Of a stretch of 32,000 nt of DNA, positions 1 through 9,330 are shown one piece after another; positions within the stretch are counted from its first letter, which is position 1, and the number at the start of each line of letters is the position of its first letter. The notes under the pieces were generated by a model, which searched no databases, was not told the DNA's origin, and saw only the letters and a list, made by a program, of their open reading frames with translations. The DNA is taken from positions 30,001 through 62,000 of the forward strand of contig NZ_AP013028.1 of NCBI RefSeq assembly GCF_000829315.1. The letters are read 5' to 3'. Source of the DNA: Wolbachia endosymbiont of Cimex lectularius. Its GTDB lineage: Bacteria > Pseudomonadota > Alphaproteobacteria > Rickettsiales > Anaplasmataceae. A program made the translations under genes and the position numbers.

Positions 1-628
1 CAGTAACCTTTTTGGTTGTATCGCCAGGATGTGCAGGATCTTGTTTTTGCCCATCAAAGCTAGCGCCATAAGAGCCGAAATAGCGAGCACCAGCGTAAAG
101 CTTGATTTCTGGAGTTACATCATAGCTAACACCAGCTTTTGCTTGGTAAGCAAAACCAAATCCATGTTTTTTATCTCCCACAGGGCTCTTTAAAGGGTTG
201 CTGAGATATGCTGCACCAACACCAATGCCAACATACGGAGTAATAGGCATATCCTCAATTGCTACATCATAATACACATTAACTAGCCCTGACATTACTG
301 ATAAATTATCTGCAAATGGATTAACTGTATCTTTGTTGTTGTTGAGTTGTGAGTAAAGCGCTTCAACATCAACTCTAATGTCATCCATTTTGTAACCAAA
401 TGCACCACCGCCAGCCATAAAAGAAGCTTTGAAAGGATCAACTTTGTCAGGATTCGGTATACCACTAACTTCTGTTTTAAAAGGTGAAAATTCACCATTG
501 TACTGCAGGCGAATGTAGTAGCTAGTTTCTTCATCAGCTATTGGACCAACAGGATCTGAGAAAGCAGCGTTTGATAAACTTAGCAACGTCACTAAAGCGG
601 TTGCTGAAAAAAACTTTTTATAATGCAT
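1..628 (-). CDS. wsp: Wolbachia surface protein WSP (outer-membrane beta-barrel), 5' part only; the 3' end lies beyond the window edge
   Basis: The minus-strand frame is open from the window edge to the ATG at 628-626. It translates as MHYKKFFSATALVTLLSLSNAAFSDPVGPIADEETSYYIRLQYNGEFSPFKTEVSGIPNPDKVDPFKASFMAGGGAFGYKMDDIRVDVE..., a signal peptide plus the N-terminal region I recognise as WSP. GAGGG lies 5 nt upstream of the ATG. It is absent from the ORF track because no stop falls inside the window. Confidence 0.9.
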   Translation of the reverse strand, partial: MHYKKFFSATALVTLLSLSNAAFSDPVGPIADEETSYYIRLQYNGEFSPFKTEVSGIPNPDKVDPFKASFMAGGGAFGYKMDDIRVDVEALYSQLNNNKDTVNPFADNLSVMSGLVNVYYDVAIEDMPITPYVGIGVGAAYLSNPLKSPVGDKKHGFGFAYQAKAGVSYDVTPEIKLYAGARYFGSYGASFDGQKQDPAHPGDTTKKVT

Positions 629-670
629 AATTACCCTCGTTAAAAAAAAAATTAAAATTCCACTTTAGCA

Positions 671-699
671 ATTTAAGTAAAAACTAAAGTTAAGTCAAG
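671..699 (-). promoter_or_regulatory. candidate sigma70 promoter for wsp
   Basis: On the minus strand, TTGACT (699-694), 17 nt, then TTAAAT (676-671), about 45 nt upstream of the wsp ATG. The AT-rich background makes chance matches common. Confidence 0.3.
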
Positions 700-962
700 T
701 ACTAACTTAATAACATAAAATATTTGACATTTAAACCAATTTTTAAGGGTAAGGTAAAAATTTTATTAATAAAAAGACAATTATATAACTTTTTACCTTT
801 AATTTTTTGGTATTTTCTCACTGACTCTAGTATTTCTTTGCTTTCTGCATACCATCTTCGCTGCTGCGATTTCTTTCATCTTTGCATGACGTTTCGGGTA
901 CAGTATATGAAATAATGCTAGTACCAGAGATACAGAAACCTAGTTAGCGATACAGAGAACTT

Positions 963-1295
963 TTAAAAGGGAAGTTTAAACCCAGGTGGTAACCCCATCA
1001 TACCTGCAAGATCAGAGGTTGCATTTGCCATGTCTTCCTCTGCCTTTTTAATGGCATCGTTGAATGCTGCCGTTACTAAATCTTCTACTATATCTTTCTC
1101 CTCGTTTCTCATAAGCTCTAAGTCTATGCTTACTTTCTTAGCTTTGTAACTACCTATTTTTACAACTTCCACCAACACAGAAACTTTGCCACCCCCGGAA
1201 ATACCTTGAAACTCTTTCCCAATGTACTTCTCTTGAGCTTCTGCAAGCTTTTTTTGCATCTCTTGTGCTTGCTTCGTTATTTGACTAAAATCCAT
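963..1295 (-). CDS. ybaB: nucleoid-associated protein YbaB/EbfC
   Basis: 110 aa with a GGGKVSVLV core and coiled N-terminus. It sits 3 nt downstream of dnaX, matching the conserved dnaX-ybaB arrangement. Confidence 0.9.
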   Translation of the reverse strand: MDFSQITKQAQEMQKKLAEAQEKYIGKEFQGISGGGKVSVLVEVVKIGSYKAKKVSIDLELMRNEEKDIVEDLVTAAFNDAIKKAEEDMANATSDLAGMMGLPPGFKLPF

Positions 1296-1298
1296 AAC

Positions 1299-2783
1299 CT
1301 ACTCCTTATTCTCTATATTAACTACCTTTGCACCCTTAAATGTATCAAGTATATTCCTGACTACAGGTGCGTAATTTAAATTACTTACTTCCCTGCTCAT
1401 ATAGCCTGCATCAACTGTGACAACCCATTCTTGCCGAGTCACTTGATTTAAGTAATTTTTCAAGTCATTACAAAAACTGTTGTCCAGCCGAGATACGGCT
1501 CTTAATTTTAAATACCCAGGTTTGCAATCCACTAATTGTAGATTACTACATAGCTGTTTGTAAAGATAAATTTGGTTATTCTGTCGTAATAGTTGCAGAA
1601 TTTTATCAAAATCGTAATTTTTTTGCTGTGCACTCTCTGCGTCACGCATATTCCTTTGCTGGGTATTCTGCGTAAGAACTTTTTTGACTACTTGCTCAGG
1701 GGAAGGTAAATCAGAAAGATAACAGAGGCTAATTAACATCATTTCAGCAGCAATATCGTTACATGTTGAAGTTTTTATATCCTGAACTCCCTTGAGCAAC
1801 ATCTTCCACAATCTCGAAAAAAATATTAAAGACTTCTTTGCACTTAAGTCTTTTATCCTGTTCTTTTCACATTCTATAACTGAACTATCGATTTCTTTTG
1901 TGATCAAATAACGGCATATTAATTGGATTGTTTGCAATAGACCCTCGAAGACACTGAGTGGGTTTGCTGTCTTTATTGCCTTGTCGAATACTGACAGAGC
2001 CTTCTGTAAATCACCATCTAATATTGCTTCCAGTAGATCAAATATAATATCTTTATCCACCAAACCGAGTATTTCTATCACATTCTTGATGGATATTGTG
2101 CCATCTTTGCTATGTAACACTGCTTGATTCATTAAAAATAAGGCGTTACGCATCGAATTGCTACAGTGGTGTGCAATTAATTCTGATGCCCCATTTTCAA
2201 TGAGATAATTTTCTTTTTGTGCAATGTCGTTCAACCGCTCCACTATTTTAGCTGCAGGGATATTATGCAAGTCAAACCTTTGACAACGTGCAATAATAGT
2301 TATCGGTATCTTTTTTATCTCTGTGGTTGCCAGAACAAACTTTACACTGGATGGTGGTTCTTCTAGGGTTTTAAGCAATGCATTAAATGCACTGCTGGAT
2401 AACATGTGTACTTCGTCTATAATATAAACCTTGAATTTAGAGCTTATAGGTGAATAGCAAATGTCTCCTAGGATTACTTTGATATCCTCAACGCTAGTGT
2501 GACTTGCCGCGTCAATTTCTATTACATCCGGGTGACTTGAATTCTTTATCGCCAGACAATTTTCACATGATCCACAAGGTTCAAAAGTTGGTCCCATGGA
2601 ACAATTCAAACACAAAGCTATTATTCTTGCTGTGGTAGTTTTACCAACTCCACTACTACCAGAGAGCAGTATGGATTGTGGGATTTTGTTGAGAGTAAAA
2701 GCGTTTTCTAATATACGCACTAATATATCTTGACCTATTAGATCTTTAAAGCTACTAGGACGATATTTTAATGCTATGTTCAT
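1299..2783 (-). CDS. dnaX: DNA polymerase III subunit gamma/tau
   Basis: 494 aa. Walker A GSSGVGKTT, zinc module CGSCENC, Walker B IIDEVHML, and ARCQRF sensor motif. Confidence 0.92.
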   Translation of the reverse strand: MNIALKYRPSSFKDLIGQDILVRILENAFTLNKIPQSILLSGSSGVGKTTTARIIALCLNCSMGPTFEPCGSCENCLAIKNSSHPDVIEIDAASHTSVEDIKVILGDICYSPISSKFKVYIIDEVHMLSSSAFNALLKTLEEPPSSVKFVLATTEIKKIPITIIARCQRFDLHNIPAAKIVERLNDIAQKENYLIENGASELIAHHCSNSMRNALFLMNQAVLHSKDGTISIKNVIEILGLVDKDIIFDLLEAILDGDLQKALSVFDKAIKTANPLSVFEGLLQTIQLICRYLITKEIDSSVIECEKNRIKDLSAKKSLIFFSRLWKMLLKGVQDIKTSTCNDIAAEMMLISLCYLSDLPSPEQVVKKVLTQNTQQRNMRDAESAQQKNYDFDKILQLLRQNNQIYLYKQLCSNLQLVDCKPGYLKLRAVSRLDNSFCNDLKNYLNQVTRQEWVVTVDAGYMSREVSNLNYAPVVRNILDTFKGAKVVNIENKE

Positions 2784-2807
2784 AACTTACGATAAACAAA
2801 CAGTTCA

Positions 2808-2892
2808 ATAGGTATGCAACCCAAAAAGATTCTGATATGGCTGCTTCATCTCTGACCTGACCAAGTGACAGAGTTTTTGCCTGCATACCTTG
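2808..2892 (-). ncRNA. ffs: signal recognition particle RNA (small bacterial 4.5S type)
   Basis: The minus strand reads ggtatgcaggcaaaaactctgtcacttGGTCAGGTCAGAGATGAAGCAGCCatatcagaatctttttgggttgcatacc, one long hairpin closed by ggtatgca/tgcatacc. The apex matches the conserved domain IV pattern GGUCAGG-UCN-GNRA-NGA-AGCAGCC, here UCA-GAGA-UGA versus E. coli UCC-GGAA-GGA, a compensated stem with a GNRA loop. It lies directly upstream of dnaX, a common synteny. The ends are approximate. Confidence 0.75.
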
Positions 2893-2986
2893 TAAAATAT
2901 TATACTTTTTTTTTTATTTAGCAAGGTATATCCTATGGTAGTTTACGATTAGTTGGGGTTGCACAAGTTATATATAGAAATTAATT

Positions 2987-3640
2987 ATGATTTTATATCA
3001 CTTCCCTCTTTGTCCGTTCTCACGAAAAGTTAGAGCTCTTCTCAAGGAGAAAAAGTTAGGTTGTGATTTAGTATACGAGAATCCGTGGGAGAAGAGGAAT
3101 GAATTTATGGAGATTAACCCAACTGGACAAGTACCAGTGCTTGTGGATAATAATTTTATTATAACAGATAGCACTGCTATTTGTGAGTATCTAGAAGAAA
3201 CTTATAGCGGCAATATCAAATTGCTCGATTTGTCTACTGTTGTTAAGTCTAAAATACGTGCTTTGGTTAATTGGTTTGATAACAAGTTTTACAACGAAGT
3301 TACTAAATACATTATAAACGAAAAAGTAATAATTAACCGCAGCCCTGATTCTAGGTTTCTTCATGCAGCTCAGCACAACCTGTCTTGCCATATAGAATAC
3401 ATTGAATATTTAATTAGCAAAAACGTTTGGCTTGCAACCGATAAGTTCACTTTGGCTGACATTACTTTAGCGTCACATATCTCTGTAATGGACTATGTAA
3501 ATAGTTTTCCATGGGAAAAAAGTAGAATTTTAAAAGAATGGTACTCTATTGTTAAGTCAAGGCCTTGTTTTCGTGAGATGTTATTAGAAAGGGTTTCTGG
3601 ATTAACTCCTCCTAGGCATTATGCCGACTTTGATTTTTAA
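2987..3640 (+). CDS. glutathione S-transferase family protein
   Basis: 217 aa. The N-terminal domain is thioredoxin-like (CPFSRKVRALL, VPVLVDNNFIITDSTAICEYLEE) and the C-terminal domain is helical. Confidence 0.85.
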   Translation: MILYHFPLCPFSRKVRALLKEKKLGCDLVYENPWEKRNEFMEINPTGQVPVLVDNNFIITDSTAICEYLEETYSGNIKLLDLSTVVKSKIRALVNWFDNKFYNEVTKYIINEKVIINRSPDSRFLHAAQHNLSCHIEYIEYLISKNVWLATDKFTLADITLASHISVMDYVNSFPWEKSRILKEWYSIVKSRPCFREMLLERVSGLTPPRHYADFDF

Positions 3641-3641
3641 C

Positions 3642-4292
3642 TCATGTTAGCTTTAAAGCTACAATCATTCCCTCATCAGTTGGAATCAACATAGAGTGAT
3701 ATTTTTCTTCGTCTGATAATCTACGATTAAATTCTCTCATAGCAAGCCATGATTTTTCTGATACTTCCTTTGGAGGTGATTCTAAAAACACTGTATTAAA
3801 CAATAGAGTGTTATCTGCAACAATGAGTCCATCTCGTTTAATATACAGCTCTGCCCAATCTAAATATTTAGGGTAACCACCTTTATCAGCATCAATTAAC
3901 ATCATGTCAAACGGTGCTTTTGCTGACAACTCATTCAGTTTTTCCAATGCGTCGCCTTCTATTAAAGTAATTTTATTGTTCAGATTAAAAGCACTAAAAT
4001 TTTTTTTTGCTATGCTTAAGTGCTCAGGATTGTTTTCTATTGTGTATATATGGCCATATTCAGGTAGAGCTTTAACCATACAAATCGATGAATACCCATA
4101 TAATGTACCAATTTCAACGATACTTTTTACTTTATGAATTTTTATAAATAAACTGAGCAGCTTTCCTTCTTCAGCACTAATTTGGATGTGTTTCTTTTCT
4201 TCAAAAATACAATATTCCTCTATTTTCTTGTATTTCTTTGCGAATAAGTCTCTTATGTATGATAATTTCGTGCTAGAGTTGTTGCGTGTCAT
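3642..4292 (-). CDS. class I SAM-dependent O-methyltransferase (caffeoyl-CoA OMT-like)
   Basis: 216 aa. SAM motif VEIGTLYGYS and metal/acid motif LIDADK. It converges on the GST gene with a 1-nt gap. Confidence 0.85.
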   Translation of the reverse strand: MTRNNSSTKLSYIRDLFAKKYKKIEEYCIFEEKKHIQISAEEGKLLSLFIKIHKVKSIVEIGTLYGYSSICMVKALPEYGHIYTIENNPEHLSIAKKNFSAFNLNNKITLIEGDALEKLNELSAKAPFDMMLIDADKGGYPKYLDWAELYIKRDGLIVADNTLLFNTVFLESPPKEVSEKSWLAMREFNRRLSDEEKYHSMLIPTDEGMIVALKLT

Positions 4293-4524
4293 GTCTTGTG
4301 TTGAAGATTTAATTTATATATGTTAGCTTAAAATAATAAAAACGTTTATTTTAGGTTATTATTTTTTACAGCGTAAAATTTTAAGTGACAAAAATTATTA
4401 TATATAATATTATAATTAACTAGTATAATAGTTGATAGATTGTCATACTAGAATTTGAGGAACTGCTCATGAGCATTTCTCTTTAGTTAAAATATAATTT
4501 TCATAATCAATTAGAGGGAGTTAT

Positions 4525-4803
4525 ATGTCTTATAATATTGCTGGTGAAGTTGAAACGTTAAGCAAAAAATCTAACAAGGATGAAGGGGTTACATTGTTAC
4601 ATAACCCAGCTTATCGTGAGAAATATAGGGAACGTTTTGATGAAGCCCAGAAAAAAGTTATGGATATGGTTCAGTTCTATGATGGAACAATAATATTAAT
4701 AGAAAATAAAATTGCTATGTATTATTACGCTTGGCACAGTAAAAAAAGAGAATTTGAGCGTAAGAAACAACAAGCAGTGGTAAAAAACGACAGCTCAACG
4801 TAG
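4525..4803 (+). CDS. hypothetical protein (92 aa, charged, no recognised domain)
   Basis: GAGGGAG lies 6 nt upstream of the ATG. The ORF stands alone in a 230-bp AT-rich upstream region with no overlapping gene. I recognise no motif. Confidence 0.5.
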   Translation: MSYNIAGEVETLSKKSNKDEGVTLLHNPAYREKYRERFDEAQKKVMDMVQFYDGTIILIENKIAMYYYAWHSKKREFERKKQQAVVKNDSST

Positions 4804-4831
4804 GGTTTTTTTATGATAAGCTACAGTGGTA

Positions 4832-5542
4832 TTATTTCACTATAGCTTTTTCATATAGCCTACCTATTACATTAGTGAAGTATTCTAATGTTTTATATCC
4901 CTCGTGTTTAATTTTATTATGTTCTGTATGTGATTTATCGTTGCTAAGCTTGATAAAAAATATTGGAGTAGCCATAATACCAAGCTTATTTATTGCCAGT
5001 GATTTATCGTTTATAATTTTGTCAAACACTTCCTTGTTTTTCTTTTCATCGATGCATTGGTTAAACAGGTCTTGCTTTAAGTTACTTAGTGCAGCAATCC
5101 TTTGTAGTACAGTTAAATCACTTAAATCAGAATAGTTCCACGAGTCTATTGAATTAAAAACAGCTTTGTTGAAATTAAAATAGTCTTCTTCTTTTTCATA
5201 GCAATAGCTTAGCATTGCAGCTTTTAATCCTCTATAATCTAGAGGAAAATGACGGAATATATATAACATTTTGCCCGTATCTATATATTTCTTTTTAATT
5301 GCAGGAAAAACCTCCTTATGAAAAAGGGAACAATGATAACAAGTGAGCGAAGCATATTCTATCATTAAAATTAGCGCTTTTGGATTTCCTAGTGATTTGT
5401 CATCGGGCAATGGTGATAATAGTTCTTCTGCTGTTGTTTCACCAGTTTTTCGAGTGTACTGGTTGTTGGATAAGTCTTGTTTGATAACTGCATGAGAATT
5501 AACACTTATAAAAATTAGTAAAAGCAATAGTCTGAAAATCAT
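4832..5542 (-). CDS. dsbA: DsbA-family thiol:disulfide oxidoreductase
   Basis: 236 aa with an N-terminal signal peptide and a CYHC active site in a thioredoxin-fold context (ASLTCYHCSLFH). Confidence 0.85.
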   Translation of the reverse strand: MIFRLLLLLIFISVNSHAVIKQDLSNNQYTRKTGETTAEELLSPLPDDKSLGNPKALILMIEYASLTCYHCSLFHKEVFPAIKKKYIDTGKMLYIFRHFPLDYRGLKAAMLSYCYEKEEDYFNFNKAVFNSIDSWNYSDLSDLTVLQRIAALSNLKQDLFNQCIDEKKNKEVFDKIINDKSLAINKLGIMATPIFFIKLSNDKSHTEHNKIKHEGYKTLEYFTNVIGRLYEKAIVK

Positions 5543-5607
5543 TACAATATAAACACTAAAATTACTAAGAAAATTACGTATCTATATTAATAATGTCAAG
5601 ATAACTT

Positions 5608-6057
5608 TTACTTAGCAAGGTTCTTAACTCTTTCTTTAAATGCAGCAATTATTTTACTTTGTGTATATTTGTACACTGAGTTTAATAGAGTTGAAAGCGA
5701 GCTAGATTTAAACTCAAATTCTATGTAAAACTTCACCATGGTCTTATTTTCACCTATAGGAATGAATTTCCATTCATTGTATAAATGTTTAAATATCCCA
5801 TTTGATGATACAGCTTTTATCCAACCTTCATTTGTTCTGCTTGGAGAAAGAAAAGTTACTTCTGATGTATACTTTCCTTTAATACCATGAAAAGCTGCTA
5901 GAAGATCCACAACCATTTGGCTATCGGTTTTTTCTTTTATATAAACAGCTTTGCACCAAGGAACAAAATCAGGATACTTCTCAACATCAATTACAACCTG
6001 AAATATTTCATCGGATGAACAGAAAAAAGTACCTTGTTCTTTGTATCGGTAGAGCAT
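5608..6057 (-). CDS. SRPBCC/START-fold protein (RatA / COQ10 / polyketide-cyclase-like)
   Basis: 149 aa. The DVEKYPDFVPWC motif and overall size are typical of the RatA/COQ10 family. Confidence 0.7.
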   Translation of the reverse strand: MLYRYKEQGTFFCSSDEIFQVVIDVEKYPDFVPWCKAVYIKEKTDSQMVVDLLAAFHGIKGKYTSEVTFLSPSRTNEGWIKAVSSNGIFKHLYNEWKFIPIGENKTMVKFYIEFEFKSSSLSTLLNSVYKYTQSKIIAAFKERVKNLAK

Positions 6058-6343
6058 AAATCTAAATCAACTGGAACAGGATCCGTATCTACCGTCAGTC
6101 TTAGTAGATTCCTGAGACCTAAAGTTAAAGTGGGCATCACGTATTAATTTCAACGAAATCAATAGAGACAATTCCCTTGACTAGAAATTATCGCTCGGGA
6201 AATTTAACTTAACTCATAACGTATAGAACAGACCCTTATAATTATAGCTAGTTTACACAAGTTGTGTCTATATGTATATTGCAGTCAACAATAAAACTAA
6301 CTATCTTTATTAAACTTTGCATTTTAAGTGTTACGGTCAATAA

Positions 6344-6943
6344 ATGTACCTTATGAATATTACTAAAGCTTTAATCATTATTGTTTTTGTTATAATTTCT
6401 TCAGGTGCTTACACTAGTTGTGCAGATCACAAAATTTTTGTGCATGCTATGAAGCAACAAGTGGATAGCATATACACAAAGGAAAAGAAAAGAAATCGGG
6501 AATATATATATATAAAGCTTCAGGAGATCATTCGAAGCAATGTTAATCTCAAAGAAATATCCCGATTTGTAATGGGAAAGCATTGGACTTTGACTACCCA
6601 GGAAGAAAGAGAAAGTTTCTTAAAAGAATATGAGGTGTATCTTACGCGTTTGTGCATCAAAATTTTGTATAAGTACATGAATAACAGCGAAATGACTATA
6701 ATGGGCTCAAAAGCAGGTGATGATGGAACTTGCTTGGTTAGTACAAGATTTTCCTACGGCGACGAAGAATTCACAAATATTGACTTTAAAGTTGCTAAAA
6801 GTAACAGTTCTTTCTTAATAAATGATGTTGTAATGAATGGAATAAGTATTTCTATTAATCAACGTTCCCAATTCAGTGAAAAAATTGATATGCATGGTAT
6901 AGCGAGTGTTATAGATGAATTAAAATGTAATAACAATCTATGA
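6344..6943 (+). CDS. mlaC: MlaC/Ttg2D-like periplasmic phospholipid-binding protein
   Basis: 199 aa with a signal peptide. The segment ISRFVMGKHWTLTTQEERESFLKEYEVYLTRLCIKILYKY matches the pattern I associate with the MlaC (toluene-tolerance Ttg2) family. Its stop overlaps the folC start (ATGA). Confidence 0.65.
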   Translation: MYLMNITKALIIIVFVIISSGAYTSCADHKIFVHAMKQQVDSIYTKEKKRNREYIYIKLQEIIRSNVNLKEISRFVMGKHWTLTTQEERESFLKEYEVYLTRLCIKILYKYMNNSEMTIMGSKAGDDGTCLVSTRFSYGDEEFTNIDFKVAKSNSSFLINDVVMNGISISINQRSQFSEKIDMHGIASVIDELKCNNNL

Positions 6944-8098
6944 TATACATGCCTCACTGGCCTAAGCCACTTGGCAGAAGACCAAAAGACTTTTCTCTTG
7001 AGCGCATGAAAAGCTTTCTAAGTAAGTTAGGCAATCCCGAAAAAAAAATGCCTCCGGCAATTCACATAGCTGAAACTAATGGAAAAGGTTCAACACTATC
7101 TTTTATGAGGTACATAATGCAGGCAGCAGGGTATAAGGTTCATGCATACACTTCTCCACATTTAGTTAATTTTAATGAGAGAATAGTCGTTGCAGGGAGT
7201 CATGTCGACGAGAATGAACTATATAGTTTATTAGAAAAATGCCGCAGTGCAATCGCAGATCAGCCTATCACTTTGTTTGAAGCTGCAACAATTGCAGCAT
7301 TCTTAGTTTTCTCTCATCATGAAGCCGATGTCACTTTAATTGAGGTAGGTATGGGTGGAAGACTTGACGCAACAAACGTTATAGATAATCCGATTTTAAC
7401 AATCATTACTTCCATCGCACTTGATCATATGGAATATCTTGGTCCTACTGTAGAAACTATAGCAGGTGAAAAGGCTGGAATAATGAAACATAATGTTCCT
7501 TTCGACTATTCAATCAATAGAATTTCCTTTGCCTTCTTTGAAGGGCGATCATCAAATAATTAATGCAGGAAACGCTATTGCAGCATGCAGCATTTTGAGT
7601 GGAAAGTACGGATTTGATATTGGAGAAGAGGATATCACTTCAGGTTTACAACATACCTACTGGCCTGCACGACCAGAGCTTATAAAAGAGGGAAATTTAA
7701 TTTCTTTGTTACCGAAAGATTGGCAATTATTTTTAGATGGTGCGCACAATAACGATGGTGCCAGAGTATTAGCTGATTGGGTGAAAGATAATTTTGCTGA
7801 AGGTATCTATATGATTTTTGGTGTTACTCGTAACAGAAACGTGGAAGAGTTTTTGGAACACTTTAAACCATATATCAAGTTATTATGTGCGGTTTGTGTT
7901 AAGTCTGAGCCTAAAGCAACAAATACAGGTCTAATCAGAGAGGGAGCGAATAATATAGGAATGAATGCTATTGAATGTGAATCGATCGGTGATGCCATAT
8001 TAAACCACATACTAAAAGTTCCTATCCAGAACGTCAAAACCATACTGATTTGTGGTTCGCTATTCCTAGCTAGGGACTTTGCTATGGAGAATAACTGA
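6940..8098 (+). pseudogene. folC: folylpolyglutamate/dihydrofolate synthase FolC, split by a frameshift
   Basis: ORFs 6940..7563 and 7493..8098 are the N- and C-terminal parts of one Mur-ligase-like protein (TNGKGST P-loop, EKAGIMK, then LKGDHQIINAGNAIAA, LDGAHN). The second frame opens only after a TGA at 7484-7486, so the +1 shift lies between 7487 and about 7530. No homopolymer is present at that site. Confidence 0.75.
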
Positions 8099-8161
8099 GC
8101 CTTTTAAAGTTTATATCAACTAGCGCTATATTTTTTTCTGGAAGAAAGCTATATTGTAGCT

Positions 8162-9307
8162 ATGGACAATATAATCATAAAAAAATTTGGTGGGACTTCA
8201 TTAACTGACTTAAACCGAGTTGCGAACTTGATAAAAAAAGATGTTGAGAGAGGTTGTAACGTAATCGTCGTTGTATCTGCTGTTGCAGGATTTACTGATC
8301 AAATGGCTTTTCAGGCTAGACAAATCTCAGATTTAAGCTGCAAACGAGAGCTGTCGGAATATGACGTTATACTTTCAGCGGGGGAGCAGATTTCTTGCGG
8401 CATGTTAGCAATCACTCTCCAATCTATTGGAATAAACGCTAAATCGTGGCTTGCCTGGCAGTTACCGATTATAACAGACGATCTTTACTCCGAGTCTAAA
8501 ATAAAAACAATAGAGACTGATCATCTGAAAAGGTCTTTTGCTGAAGGGTATACTGTAGCGATCATTGCTGGCTTTCAGGGTATACATGATGATAGAATCA
8601 CCACTTTTGGAAGAGAAGGCTCTGATATATCAGCAGTTGCCTTAGCGGTAGCTTTTAACGTCAAAGTTTGCGAGATTTTCACTGATATCGATGGAATATA
8701 TACGGCTGATCCGAAAATTGTTCCAAAAGCACGCAAGCTCAAATCTATCTCTTACGATGAAATGTTGGAGATGTCGTCATCTGGTGCTAAAATACTACAT
8801 AATCGTTCAGTACAGCTTGCAATGAAACATAACATTAAAGTACAAGTGCTGTCCACCTTTAAAGGGATGGAAGGAACTGTAGTACTACATAAAAAAGATG
8901 TACTGGAGAGATACACAATTACCGGAATAACTTATAGCACCAATGAAGCTCTTGTAACTTTTGCTAACCTTGCAGATACCTTGCGTATTTTAAGGGATAT
9001 TGCAGGAGCAAACATTAAAATTGATATGATACACGGATCAAGTCTTGTAATTTCCGAATTTGATATTGATTCAATGAAAAAGCTACTGAATGGGAGCTAT
9101 ATCATAAACAATAACGTAGCTAGAATTTCAATAATTGGTATTGGCGTTATGTCTAATACTGAGGTGATGCACCGCATACTCAAGGTCTTGAGCGAAAAAA
9201 AGATAGAAATACTCGCTATCACAGCATCTGAAACCAAGATCAGTATAATCGTTCAAAGAGAATGTGCTGAAGCTCTAGCTAGGGATTTACATACAGAGTT
9301 GGTATAA
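8162..9307 (+). CDS. lysC: aspartate kinase
   Basis: 381 aa. KFGGTSL N-terminus, amino-acid-kinase fold, and C-terminal ACT-like repeats. Confidence 0.9.
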   Translation: MDNIIIKKFGGTSLTDLNRVANLIKKDVERGCNVIVVVSAVAGFTDQMAFQARQISDLSCKRELSEYDVILSAGEQISCGMLAITLQSIGINAKSWLAWQLPIITDDLYSESKIKTIETDHLKRSFAEGYTVAIIAGFQGIHDDRITTFGREGSDISAVALAVAFNVKVCEIFTDIDGIYTADPKIVPKARKLKSISYDEMLEMSSSGAKILHNRSVQLAMKHNIKVQVLSTFKGMEGTVVLHKKDVLERYTITGITYSTNEALVTFANLADTLRILRDIAGANIKIDMIHGSSLVISEFDIDSMKKLLNGSYIINNNVARISIIGIGVMSNTEVMHRILKVLSEKKIEILAITASETKISIIVQRECAEALARDLHTELV

Positions 9308-9330
9308 ATAGCCTTATGCCATACAACTTA

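Noticed and set aside
295-534. 79-aa minus-strand ORF from the track
   Set aside because: It lies entirely inside wsp in a different frame. The wsp frame gives an unmistakable WSP translation, so this is a shadow ORF.
724-915. 63-aa + strand ORF in the wsp-ybaB spacer
   Set aside because: It has a TTG start, no RBS, and a hydrophobic low-complexity product typical of AT-rich non-coding DNA. A 26-aa minus-strand mini-ORF here (MKEIAAAKMVCRK...) resembles no known small protein either.
1299-2783. Programmed -1 frameshift in dnaX (gamma/tau as in E. coli)
   Set aside because: The only long A run (CAA AAA AAT, around 1611-1622) is not the A AAA AAG heptamer. I saw no downstream stem-loop or in-frame stop arrangement.
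3638-3644. GST and O-methyltransferase genes converge with a 1-nt gap and no terminator
   Set aside because: This is compact gene packing typical of reduced genomes and not a distinct feature.
6058-6343. Possible two-piece alphaproteobacterial tmRNA next to the ratA-like gene
   Set aside because: I found no T-arm-like GGTTCGA/TCC...CCA end on either strand. I also found no tag reading frame ending in a hydrophobic ...LAA/VAA peptide; candidate frames read AIISSQGNCLY* or EINRDNSLD*.
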